From Candidatus Omnitrophota bacterium (GTDB lineage: Bacteria; Omnitrophota; Gorgyraeia; Duberdicusellales; 4484-171): DNA of 45,569 bases. Location of the stretch: contig JBAZGN010000006.1 of assembly GCA_041652815.1 (NCBI GenBank), positions 1 to 45,569 of the forward strand, written 5' to 3'. A program made the position numbers and the translations under genes. The notes under the pieces were generated by a model that worked only from the letters and a program-made list of their open reading frames with translations, was not told the origin of the DNA and did no database searches. Below are positions 17,441 to 26,158 of this stretch, piece after piece. Every line of letters begins with the position of its first letter. Positions within the stretch are counted from its first letter, which is position 1.

Positions 17441-18100
17441 ATGACTTCCAAATCAAAGAAATCATTTATTTTCATGCCAACTAAGGCCGAGTGGCGTCAG
17501 CTGAAATTGATTTTCGGCATCTCAGTACTGGTAGCGCTCGCCATTCCTATAGTCATCACCATGGTTTGTCGACTCGGCCAACGGAAAGACGAACGGGAAC
17601 TTGCACCATTTGTTCCTCATGAAACCGAATACGGGACTATAATAAAAGCGGCTCTTGGATCATCACGCGTCCAGACTTCCACATCCAATCTCCCGCTAAC
17701 GATACGGGGAAAGTTGCTTCCGATGTGGCGTGGCTCGAACGGCCAAAATGCGATCGCTCTCGAAGAGCTACGTCAGCTTCCAGGCACTTTACGTCCACGC
17801 TCCCATGAAGAGGTTGGAACGCTAGTTATCTGGGAAAGCGAAAAAGTCCAAATTGGCTGTTATGACGATAAAAACGGCAATGGCGCTAACGCTTACAAGC
17901 ACTATATTTACTTAACATTTGTAGACGTGCAGACGGCATCAGTGATCGCCCGATATACTTTTACTGGCAGTGATCCATCGCAGGTGATCAGAAGGGATTT
18001 TCTAGGCGGATTTGTTGACGGAGAGGGCTCATACCCACTCGACGAAGCTAGAGTTTTCATCCGGTCAGTTACTTTGGCAGGCAAGCCCGCCGGCAAATAG
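17441..18100 (+). CDS. Hypothetical protein with N-terminal TM anchor
   Basis: Long ORF with one TM; no family recognised. Confidence 0.6.
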   Translation: MTSKSKKSFIFMPTKAEWRQLKLIFGISVLVALAIPIVITMVCRLGQRKDERELAPFVPHETEYGTIIKAALGSSRVQTSTSNLPLTIRGKLLPMWRGSNGQNAIALEELRQLPGTLRPRSHEEVGTLVIWESEKVQIGCYDDKNGNGANAYKHYIYLTFVDVQTASVIARYTFTGSDPSQVIRRDFLGGFVDGEGSYPLDEARVFIRSVTLAGKPAGK

Positions 18101-18139
18101 ACGCACCGGATCTAGGCAGATAGAATAAGCCGGTGTTGA

Positions 18140-18360
18140 TGCTACAAAATGTCCACCTTTATAGGGTGGACATTTTGTAGCAATTTTCCGTATAAAGAGT
18201 TACGTAATTTCTATCCAAAAACGAGCGGACAAATTGGACAATTTAGCGAGGAAAATAACCTTTCTAAAATGCGAATTTCTTGATAATCACACTATTTAGT
18301 CCTATAATGCATACATATAGATACCGAGAGGTTTCTTCTTGACAAATAATAGGGGGACCC
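18140..18360 (+). repeat. Promoter-bearing dispersed repeat, copy B, with perfect 18 bp hairpin
   Basis: TGCTACAAAATGTCCACC-N7-GGTGGACATTTTGTAGCA 18140-82; GGACA x2; TTGATA-N17-TATAAT 18280-18308; GAGAGGTTTC..GGGACCC. Confidence 0.88.
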
Positions 18361-18439
18361 AAAATTTGCACCTTGCGGCAGTACAAAAACTCATAAATTA
18401 CGAATTCGTATATTATATGTTAGGCGAAGAAGAGGAAGA

Positions 18440-19366
18440 ATGATGAATTGGTTCAAGTCCATATTCAACAAGACGACCACTGCTGACACTGGAACAACAC
18501 CAACGAGAATCGTGTCATCCACTGATCGTTTTAGTCGGGATCCAATAGTTAAGTGCCTCGTGGATGCGTATCGCACGAACATCTACTATGGAATACCAGA
18601 GAAGGAAAAGGAGAAGGCCCAGAATATACTCAAAGGAGCAGGCCCTGAAGCGGTTCCAGTAATTATACAGGCGCTTGATCAGCTACATTTCGATGCCAGA
18701 GAAGACAAATATTCACAAGAGGAACACCCCTTTCTCAAGATTTCCGTCACTTCCTACGTTCGCTATCTTATTGGGATTCTTCTGGAAATCGGTGACGAAC
18801 GTGCGGTGGATATTCTGCTTAGACACTTTGCGTTTGACGCGGAAAGCGCAGGTTCGCTTGCGGACAAGATTTCGCAGTTCTGTACACGAATCGGCACCAA
18901 GAAAGCAACTACTGCATTGATTGAGTATCTGGATGATGATCTCACGCGTTTGCGAGCAGTCTATGGCCTTGGGCTGTTGGCAGACGACCGAGCAACCAAT
19001 ATGCTTATGTCTGCTTTGGAGAAGTATGGCGATGACGTCAGAAGTCAGTTGAAGTATTCAAAAACATCTTTTGCGGAAGGCCTAATTGCTCAATGGGAGA
19101 GGAAACGCAAGGAATCAGGCCTACGCGTCGAAAGCATGAGAGATGCGGAGATGATCAAGATACTCAAGAAACTATGCAAAGCCTATATGGATAATGACAA
19201 GGAAACCATCACTTACAATGAGCCAATCGCCAGAGACATCGGAGAGGAACTAGACCGACGTGGCGGGCTAGTGGAGATGCGGCGGGTTTTCGCTTTACTG
19301 AATGGATGCCCTGGTTCTCGCACACTTGAGATGCACTGGCATCGTATCGGCCAGTGGATGGGATAG
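18440..19366 (+). CDS. HEAT/PBS-lyase-like repeat protein
   Basis: GPEAVPVIIQAL, IGDERAVDIL, LRAVYGLGLLADDRA. Confidence 0.7.
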   Translation: MMNWFKSIFNKTTTADTGTTPTRIVSSTDRFSRDPIVKCLVDAYRTNIYYGIPEKEKEKAQNILKGAGPEAVPVIIQALDQLHFDAREDKYSQEEHPFLKISVTSYVRYLIGILLEIGDERAVDILLRHFAFDAESAGSLADKISQFCTRIGTKKATTALIEYLDDDLTRLRAVYGLGLLADDRATNMLMSALEKYGDDVRSQLKYSKTSFAEGLIAQWERKRKESGLRVESMRDAEMIKILKKLCKAYMDNDKETITYNEPIARDIGEELDRRGGLVEMRRVFALLNGCPGSRTLEMHWHRIGQWMG

Positions 19367-19438
19367 GAGTGTGACTGGAAACTGCCTGAATTACTGCCCG
19401 GTGCAAAAATTATATCTGTTTTTTGTAGCTTCCCGCAC

Positions 19439-19637
19439 AATGTCCACCTTTAAGAGGTGGACATTATATATCTGACTGAAGCCAAAAGAATTACAGTATT
19501 TTGTCCCCGCAATTACCGGACATTCCGGACAAATTACGCGAGGGAATACCTCTCTAAAACCCAAATATATTGCCATAACGCCGTATTGCCTATATAATCC
19601 TTCTATATAAATAGCGAGAGGTTTCGAGGAGGATCCC
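19439..19637 (+). repeat. Promoter-bearing dispersed repeat, copy C
   Basis: AATGTCCACCT-N5-AGGTGGACATT 19439-65; TTGCCA-N17-TATAAT 19570-98; 19514-19625 matches copy D at 111/112 nt. Confidence 0.9.
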
Positions 19638-19707
19638 AGTTTTAGAGAAAAGTCACAAAAAACGAATTTGTATATTATATGTTGGCCATAATCAAGGAGG
19701 AAAATGG

Positions 19708-21093
19708 ATGAACATTGCACAAGTATTAGGGCTGAGCCCCAAGAACAAACACGTGGATGCCTTTATAGAGAAGGCTGTGAAACTTCCGCTCGAACGGGAT
19801 GGGAAACGAGCTGCGAAGCTCGTGAAGGATATGTCGGCTTTGTACGTATGGATCGAGGAAAAAGGTGATGCTGGAGTAAGAGCCTATTTAGGTCAGTTCG
19901 TATCAATGTCATTCAGTAATCTTCTCATTGATGCCAAGAATGCAGGCGCCACCGGACATCTGGCTCACGCGCTCCTCGTCTCGTTCTTAGAACTGACCCG
20001 CACACGTGGAACATTCAGACACATTGATTGGCTATATGAACGCGAGAAGCCTTCGCAAGTCATTGGTTCTAAGAGTGTGGACCACCAAGTATCGTCGAAG
20101 GACGTTTCGGGCCTACTTGCTCTTCGTGAAGCAGTTATGAAGGGCGATTTTGAAACGATTATGACAGCGATAAGAAACAATCCTGATCTCGTTTTCACCA
20201 CAGACCCCGATACCGGAGAAACTCTCTTGCATACGGCCGCATATAGTGGGTACAAGAATCTCATCACATTTCTTTTGGAGCATCACGCCGACATAAATGC
20301 TAAAGACAACCTAGGAAATACGCCGTTGCATAGAGCGGCACTTAGATGGCGCGAAGACATCGTCGATTTGCTGCTCTCCAACAATGCAGACGTCGATGCC
20401 ACAAATACCTTCGGCTGCACTCCACTGCATGTGGCGACCGAGTGGAGCAGCAAGGATGTAGTTAACACGCTCTTAGCCAGGCTAGCCCATATCAATGTAA
20501 TAAACAATGAAGGTTATACACCGTTACACATAGCGGCACTCACAAACAGGAAAGACATTGCAGACTTACTTTTGGCTAACAAAGCGGACATCAACGCTAA
20601 AGATCACTTGGGTAGGACTCCTTTACAACCACGGGTGTGTGAAAGTATGAGCACACTGTTACGTAAACACGGAGGAATAGCCAAAGCGACAGACACTACG
20701 TTTCATGATGCGGCACGCAATGGTAGTGTGGAAACATTGAAGTCAAGAATGAATGATAACCCTAACGTGGTCTTCAGTAAAGACGACTATGGCAAGACAG
20801 CTTTACATTATGCGGCGGAGTTTGGACAGAAGAAGATTGCAGAGTTATTGTTGGCCAACAAGGCCGAAGTCGATCCCACGACCAACTTGGGGGTTACGCC
20901 TCTACACATGGCGGCCTCAAATGGTCAGAAGGATATAGTGAGATTATTGCTGTTAATGGGCGCAAATGTGAATGAGAAGAGTTGCCCCGGCCAAACAGCG
21001 TTGGGCTATGCGTTGGCGCGAGGACACAAGGATGTCGTGACATTGCTACGCAAACATGGCGCTAGGGAGTATTTGCAGACTAGCGTTGGCTAA
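19708..21093 (+). CDS. Ankyrin-repeat protein with unique N-terminal domain
   Basis: GETLLHTAA, GNTPLHRAA, GCTPLHVA, GYTPLHIAA, GKTALHYAA, GVTPLHMAA. Confidence 0.95.
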   Translation: MNIAQVLGLSPKNKHVDAFIEKAVKLPLERDGKRAAKLVKDMSALYVWIEEKGDAGVRAYLGQFVSMSFSNLLIDAKNAGATGHLAHALLVSFLELTRTRGTFRHIDWLYEREKPSQVIGSKSVDHQVSSKDVSGLLALREAVMKGDFETIMTAIRNNPDLVFTTDPDTGETLLHTAAYSGYKNLITFLLEHHADINAKDNLGNTPLHRAALRWREDIVDLLLSNNADVDATNTFGCTPLHVATEWSSKDVVNTLLARLAHINVINNEGYTPLHIAALTNRKDIADLLLANKADINAKDHLGRTPLQPRVCESMSTLLRKHGGIAKATDTTFHDAARNGSVETLKSRMNDNPNVVFSKDDYGKTALHYAAEFGQKKIAELLLANKAEVDPTTNLGVTPLHMAASNGQKDIVRLLLLMGANVNEKSCPGQTALGYALARGHKDVVTLLRKHGAREYLQTSVG

Positions 21094-21192
21094 CCACTGG
21101 AGGCATCGTACGTCGCTTAGGACCTTTGGGGACATGTCAAAAAGGGACGCACAAATTAATTAGAGTGTCCCAAAGTGGCGCGTTCCTGGTAG

Positions 21193-21465
21193 CTCCTGAT
21201 ATTATGCATCTTGATAACTCTGTTTTTAGCTAAAGTAACCGCGGATTATATTTTTGCCGAGCCACCGAATAAAATCTCATCTTGTAATATAGGCGAAGTC
21301 AAACGGTATCTGCATTATGATACCGCCTATAACGAAAATAATTCTTCAAACAACAGCGCCTCAAGTAACGAGTTGAGCAATGCTGCACAAGAGCTGCAGA
21401 AACAGGCAGAACAAAGAGTGAAAGAAGCATTAAACAATAAACATTGTCTGTGTTTATCTAAATAA
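21193..21465 (+). pseudogene. 5'-truncated remnant of a secreted protein
   Basis: Hydrophobic LLILCILITLFLA segment follows an in-frame TAG at 21190 with no RBS or ATG; sits next to the GTGTCCC junction motif. Confidence 0.35.
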
Positions 21466-21618
21466 ATACCGCCTCTTCTGGCTTCGCCGGGCTATCAGCA
21501 CCGGTTTCTTATTCCAAAAACATCGTGATATTTATAGCATAGCCAAATTTGTATGGTATTTGTCCACGAAGATGTTTCCGCCGTCTTTACGCCCGCAACA
21601 AAAATTCAAACCAAAAAA

Positions 21619-21755
21619 TACCGGACATTCCGGACAAATTACGCGAGGGAATATCTCTCTAAAACCCAAATATATTGCCATAACGCCGTATTGCCTATAT
21701 AATCCTTCTATATAAATAGCGAGAGGTTTCCCCTTGTGGAATATGAGTGGGACCC
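21619..21755 (+). repeat. Promoter-bearing dispersed repeat, copy D
   Basis: 112 nt (21619-21730) match copy C with one mismatch; right hairpin CTTGT-GGAAT-ATGAG, GGGACCC. Confidence 0.9.
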
Positions 21756-21875
21756 GTCTTTTTACTTTCAGTAAAAAGGCAGAGAATCGAAAATTGAAAG
21801 TAGAGAATAGATGAAAATAGATTTTCGATTCGGTCAAATCTCGAATTTCGATTTTCAAAGAAAAAAGGAGAGGGT

Positions 21876-22562
21876 ATGGAGCGATTTTTATTAAAAATTA
21901 AAACTATGATTAAATTAAACTTATTCCGAAAAACTGGGATTTTGTTTGTTATTACTGTGTTGTTTCTGTTAGGAACGGCAACTTTGGCTTTTGCTAAATC
22001 ATCTCAAGAGGAATTGTCCACAGACGATTCTAGCCCGCTTAAAGATACGGTTATACTTATTATCCGTCACGCGGAAAAACCAACCAGCGGTGTTGAATTA
22101 TCTCCAGAAGGTGAAAAGCGAGCCAAGGCTTATGTAGGATATTTTCAGAGATTTACAATTGACGGCAAACCTATAAAACTGGATTATTTATTTGCGACAG
22201 CCGACTCCGCAAAAAGCCATCGCCCGCGCTTAACCATAACGCCGCTTAGCAAGGCGCTTGGCATTGAAATTGACAGCAGGTTTACGAACGATAATTTTTC
22301 GAAATTGGCACAAGAAATCCAGAATCATCCTCACGGTAAAAATATTTTGATCTGTTGGCATCATGGAGAAATTCCTCATCTGCTTTTCGCTCTGGGTGTT
22401 GATCCCGAAAAACTCATTCCCAATGCCAAATGGCCGGAAGATGTGTTTGGTTGGTTAATCCAACTGCGCTACGACAAGAACGGACAATTATTTGACATCA
22501 AGCGTATTGACGAAAATTTGTTGCCAGACGATTTGAACAAAGATACACTGGCTGCGCCTTGA
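21876..22562 (+). CDS. Exported histidine-phosphatase (phosphoglycerate mutase-like) family protein
   Basis: IIRHAEKP, LSPEGEKRA, RPRLT, CWHHGEIP. Confidence 0.75.
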   Translation: MERFLLKIKTMIKLNLFRKTGILFVITVLFLLGTATLAFAKSSQEELSTDDSSPLKDTVILIIRHAEKPTSGVELSPEGEKRAKAYVGYFQRFTIDGKPIKLDYLFATADSAKSHRPRLTITPLSKALGIEIDSRFTNDNFSKLAQEIQNHPHGKNILICWHHGEIPHLLFALGVDPEKLIPNAKWPEDVFGWLIQLRYDKNGQLFDIKRIDENLLPDDLNKDTLAAP

Positions 22563-22576
22563 AATATAATTTTGAT

Positions 22577-22709
22577 TCGACAAAACAGACATCTTAGCGA
22601 GGGGACAACCTCTCTAAGCTGCTACTTCCTTGATAATCACCACTTTTAGCTCTATAATACATATCTGTAGATAGAGAGAGGTTCACTTTGTGGCAAATAC
22701 GCGGGACCC
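22577..22709 (+). repeat. Promoter-bearing dispersed repeat, copy E
   Basis: TTAGCGAGGGGACAACCTCTCTAA; TTGATA-N17-TATAAT 22630-58; AGAGAGAGGTT..GGGACCC. Confidence 0.85.
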
Positions 22710-22805
22710 TTACATAATCTTATGAGCGAAGCGAATTAGAGTGTGTTATCCAACCGAGTTCTTAAAATTTTCGAAGAAAATTTTAAGATATACAGCGAGG
22801 TTGGA

Positions 22806-22888
22806 CAGTAATTCTCTTCTCTAGCCACAGAGGAGAGAGGATCAAAGCTCTGATTCCTAACGGTAATCAGGGCTTCTTTATTTGTCGT
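22806..22888 (+). terminator. 83 nt double-hairpin/terminator repeat block, copy 1
   Basis: CTCTTCTCT-N6-AGAGGAGAG, then AGC(T/C)CTGATT-N9-AATCAGGGCT plus CTTTATTT; 82/83 identical to 29410-29492. Confidence 0.75.
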
Positions 22889-22898
22889 CCTGCTGTTT

Positions 22899-23018
22899 TC
22901 ATTTAGCTGCATACAGAGAGGCCGTCCCCTTTTTAAAACCAAAATATCTTGCCATAGCGCCATATTTCTATATAATTCTTTTGGAGAGGTTTTTCCTTGT
23001 GGAATACGAGCGTGGCCT
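22899..23018 (+). repeat. Hybrid repeat copy F (type II arm fused to type I promoter)
   Basis: TCATTTAGCTGCATACAGAGAGGCCGTCCCCT joined to TAAAACCAAAATATC-TTGCCA-N16-TATAAT..GAGAGGTT..CTTGTGGAATACGAG. Confidence 0.75.
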
Positions 23019-23056
23019 GTCTTTTCTACGCAAAGCCCCTTAAGCCTTACGAGCAT

Positions 23057-23851
23057 ATGAAAAAATATCTAATATTTATTTTAATAAGTACGATAGTTGT
23101 AACGGCTGTTCCTGTTCGAGCTGCCAGCGTGGGGAGCCCGAAAACAGAGGGGCAGGGAAAAATTGCAGTTACAGCGGAGTGGTCGTATATTTTTAACCGT
23201 GATTTGGATTTTAAAAAAGCAACACGCCCTGCCGGTGCTGAAAGTTACATACCGGAAAGCTTCCAGATAGTTAAGGGGTATAATACTGCAGCTAAGGTTT
23301 CCTACGGCTTGTTTGATGCTATGGATGTATATATAAAATTAGGCGTTGCGGATTATGATTTAAAAGGAGACGTTTACGTAGGTGACATTAAGCATGTTGT
23401 AGAAAATTTATCCGGCGCAAACGCGTTTCTTTATGGCGGCGGTTTTAAGTTGGCCCAGGAATTAAAAGACGGATGGATTGTTGGTTTTGATGCGCAATAT
23501 CTTACATCAGCTAATGATTTAGATTTTCGCGCGGTCAATATAATTTCTGGGGCCACTTCTGTTGCCAAATATATTGACTGCAGAATACAAGAATGGCACG
23601 TCGCCCCTTATCTTGCCAAAAAAATTGCAAACTTTACACCATATTTTGGCGCAAAATATTCCGCATTAAGGCTAACCCAGGCCGAACCTAATGATCCAAA
23701 GCGCTGGGATGATTTAGTATTTAATGCTGATTGCAATGTTGGTGTATTTACTGGCTTAGACTGGAATTTTGCAAAGAATTTTACGCTAAACATAGAAGGC
23801 AGGTTTGTCGACGAAACCGCAATGAGCATTGGCGTAGAATACAAATTCTAG
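23057..23851 (+). CDS. Outer-membrane beta-barrel resembling chlamydial MOMP
   Basis: SVGSP, IFNRDL, DVYIKLG, EWHVA..FTPYFGAKYS, EGRFVDE..EYKF parallel recalled MOMP blocks; ATG 23057. Confidence 0.7.
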   Translation: MKKYLIFILISTIVVTAVPVRAASVGSPKTEGQGKIAVTAEWSYIFNRDLDFKKATRPAGAESYIPESFQIVKGYNTAAKVSYGLFDAMDVYIKLGVADYDLKGDVYVGDIKHVVENLSGANAFLYGGGFKLAQELKDGWIVGFDAQYLTSANDLDFRAVNIISGATSVAKYIDCRIQEWHVAPYLAKKIANFTPYFGAKYSALRLTQAEPNDPKRWDDLVFNADCNVGVFTGLDWNFAKNFTLNIEGRFVDETAMSIGVEYKF

Positions 23852-23904
23852 TTTTAAAAAATCTAGCAGTAATTCTGAAAATTGAGGAAATCTGTAAACA
23901 TATT

Positions 23905-24072
23905 CGGATAGGGAATAATCTCTCAGATCTTCCAATGGCCACGTACGGAGACCCCCCCCTGGGGATTATCTCTGTTCTTCGAAGTGGATAAAGAAGGGTT
24001 CTCTAACCTTTCAAGAGCTGTTTACAGAGAGGCCATTCCCTTGTGGATTTTTCTGTCCTTCTTCCGGGGACC
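23905..24072 (+). repeat. Degenerate repeat copy G (left arm + type II right part)
   Basis: GGGAATAATCTCTC 23911-24; AGCTG..ACAGAGAGGCCATTCCCTTGTGGATTTTTCTG..GGGGACC 24016-72. Confidence 0.6.
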
Positions 24073-24152
24073 ACCCCCGCTATTTAACCCATGCCTTATC
24101 TTCTTGAGGTTGAGAATGACAGTGGTACAATATAATTTTATAACTATTGCAT

Positions 24153-25184
24153 ATGCAAAAAACAAAGATTCTGCGGAATAAAATTTATCCCTATCTAATT
24201 AGTATAGGGCTTGTTTTTTTTACGACTTTGTTGGGTGAGTTTGTTAAAAGAAGACTTGAACCGACAAATATTGTAATGTTTTATTTGTTGGTTGTAGTAA
24301 TAGTCGCTATTCGATGGGGGCAGGGACCGGCGATTGTAACTTCCATATTGAGTGTTCTTACGTTTGATTTCTTTCTAATCCCGCCATACCTAACGTTAAA
24401 TGTTCACGATTTCGAATATCTTTTTACTTTTGCAGTTTTTCTGGTGGTTGGAATCATTGTCAGCACTCTAGCTTCGAAAGTAAGAGAACAAATTATTCAG
24501 CGCCAGACCGAAAAGCTACATTCAGCGCTTCTTAATTCCATTTCCCATGATTTTAAAACTCCCCTTGCTTCGATTACCGGAGCTTTAAGTGCTTTTTTGG
24601 ATAGTAACTCAAGGCTTGACGCGCAGCAAGTCAAGGAACTCTTAGAAACAGCTCGGGGTGAATCCGAAAGGCTCAATCTCCTTGTTAATAATCTCTTAGA
24701 TATGACCAGAACAGAATCAGGAGTGTTACGGATTTCTAAAAAGCCATGCGATTTAAGAGATTTTATGGGGGCGTGTTTTGAACAATTTAAAAGCAGAATA
24801 GGCAGTCGAAACATAGAGATAGAGTTTCCTAAAGATATGCCAGAGGTCGCCGTAGATTTTCCGTATATGCTTAAGGCGTTTATGAATATTATTGATAACG
24901 CTTTAAAGTATTCTCCTGATGGTTCTCCGGTTGAAGTCGTGGGCTCTTGCATAGGTCGTAAAGTGCAAATTGTCGTACGTGATCACGGTTGCGGGATACC
25001 CAAAGAAGATTTAGGGCACATTTTTGATAAATTTTACCGCGTACGAAATGCAGGGAACATATTAGGTACCGGTTTGGGTTTGAGTATTTCAAAAAACATT
25101 ATCGAAGCCCATGGCGGCTGCATTAGCGCGGAGAGCATTCTTGGTAAAGGCGCCACATTTATTGTAGAGTTTCCAACAGAATAA
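24153..25184 (+). CDS. kdpD: Short KdpD-like sensor histidine kinase (4-TM + HisKA + HATPase)
   Basis: FDFFLIPPYLT TM region, NSISHDFKTPL H-box, NIIDNALKYS, GTGLGLSI; no N-terminal KdpD/Usp domain and no GAF. Confidence 0.85.
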   Translation: MQKTKILRNKIYPYLISIGLVFFTTLLGEFVKRRLEPTNIVMFYLLVVVIVAIRWGQGPAIVTSILSVLTFDFFLIPPYLTLNVHDFEYLFTFAVFLVVGIIVSTLASKVREQIIQRQTEKLHSALLNSISHDFKTPLASITGALSAFLDSNSRLDAQQVKELLETARGESERLNLLVNNLLDMTRTESGVLRISKKPCDLRDFMGACFEQFKSRIGSRNIEIEFPKDMPEVAVDFPYMLKAFMNIIDNALKYSPDGSPVEVVGSCIGRKVQIVVRDHGCGIPKEDLGHIFDKFYRVRNAGNILGTGLGLSISKNIIEAHGGCISAESILGKGATFIVEFPTE

Positions 25185-25189
25185 AATTT

Positions 25190-25891
25190 ATGGCAGAACA
25201 AGTAAAGTTACGAATCCTGGTAGTGGACGACGAAAAGTCAATCCGTAATTTCCTTAAAACATCACTTTCGGCATATGGTTATACTGTCTTTGAGGCTGTG
25301 GAAGGAAAAGAAGCTTTAATGGATTCTATCGAAAAGCACCCGGATGTCATAATCCTAGATTTGGGGCTCCCAGACATGGATGGCAAAGAAGTTATTGTCA
25401 AGATACGAAAGCGAACAAAGACACCGATAATAATTTTATCGGTTCGGGATGATCCGTCAGAAAAGATCGCTGCCTTGGATGTGGGGGCAGATGATTATCT
25501 TACTAAGCCTTTTTCAGTCGGAGAGCTTTTGGCGCGCTTAAAGGCGGTTATGAGGCGTCTTGTGCCGGTTGAAAAAAATGAAATATTAACTTCCGGAAAA
25601 CTTAAAATGGATATTACAAGGCGCCAGGTAAATCTTAATAATAGTGAAGTCAATTTATCACCTACCGAATATGACATTCTTAAATTGCTGATTTTTAATG
25701 CCGGTAAAGTAATTACTCACAAACAGATTCTTCGCGATATATGGGGCAAAACAGAGGATTATGAGGGCATTTTGCATCTGCTACGGGTAACAATAAGTAA
25801 TTTACGCAGTAAAATCGAACCCAATCCCGACCGACCGACTTATATCCTCACAGAACCAGGCGTGGGGTATCGCCTACGTTCCGATGACTAA
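25190..25891 (+). CDS. kdpE: KdpE-like OmpR-family response regulator
   Basis: LVVDDE, ILDLGLPDMDG, KPFS, YILTEPGVGYRL. Confidence 0.9.
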   Translation: MAEQVKLRILVVDDEKSIRNFLKTSLSAYGYTVFEAVEGKEALMDSIEKHPDVIILDLGLPDMDGKEVIVKIRKRTKTPIIILSVRDDPSEKIAALDVGADDYLTKPFSVGELLARLKAVMRRLVPVEKNEILTSGKLKMDITRRQVNLNNSEVNLSPTEYDILKLLIFNAGKVITHKQILRDIWGKTEDYEGILHLLRVTISNLRSKIEPNPDRPTYILTEPGVGYRLRSDD

Positions 25892-25898
25892 CCATTCA

Positions 25899-25917
25899 TT
25901 TTGACCTTTTTTTGACT
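25899..25917 (+). promoter_or_regulatory. Putative KdpE box (11-bp-spaced direct repeat)
   Basis: TTGAC at 25901 and 25912 separated by a T-tract. Confidence 0.5.
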
Positions 25918-26038
25918 TGTCCTTTCTTTCTACCAAGCGTATCGTAAATTAGATAAAAATATAGGTTTTTAATTAAGCCAGAGTGTTTTACCTCTGGTTT
26001 TTGTCTGTTTAGAGCTTTTGTTAGGGAGGCTGCAGACC

Positions 26039-26158
26039 ATGAAAAAAATAAAGAATCTTTATAATGTGGCGCTTGGGATTTTTTTTGAAGCGATATACGT
26101 AATCGTAATTATTGGCATAGGGTTTGTATTTGTATACGCAATTAAATTGATAAGATGA
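26039..26158 (+). CDS. 39 aa single-TM peptide coupled to trkH (not in ORF track)
   Basis: RBS AGGGAGG; MKKIKNLYNVALGIFFEAIYVIVIIGIGFVFVYAIKLIR; ATGA overlap with trkH. Confidence 0.7.
   Translation: MKKIKNLYNVALGIFFEAIYVIVIIGIGFVFVYAIKLIR

Noticed and set aside
19391-19720. Minus-strand ORFs 19391..19720, 21532..21858 and 22736..23056
   Set aside because: They read through the repeat elements (shared KPLAIYIEGLYRQY is the antisense of the promoter core); no RBS or protein-like features
23940-24020. c-di-AMP (ydaO) riboswitch upstream of kdpD
   Set aside because: Only short look-alikes (GTACGGAG, TGGGG, CTAACCT); other conserved blocks are missing and the region is explained as repeat copy G. 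An Infernal search would settle it
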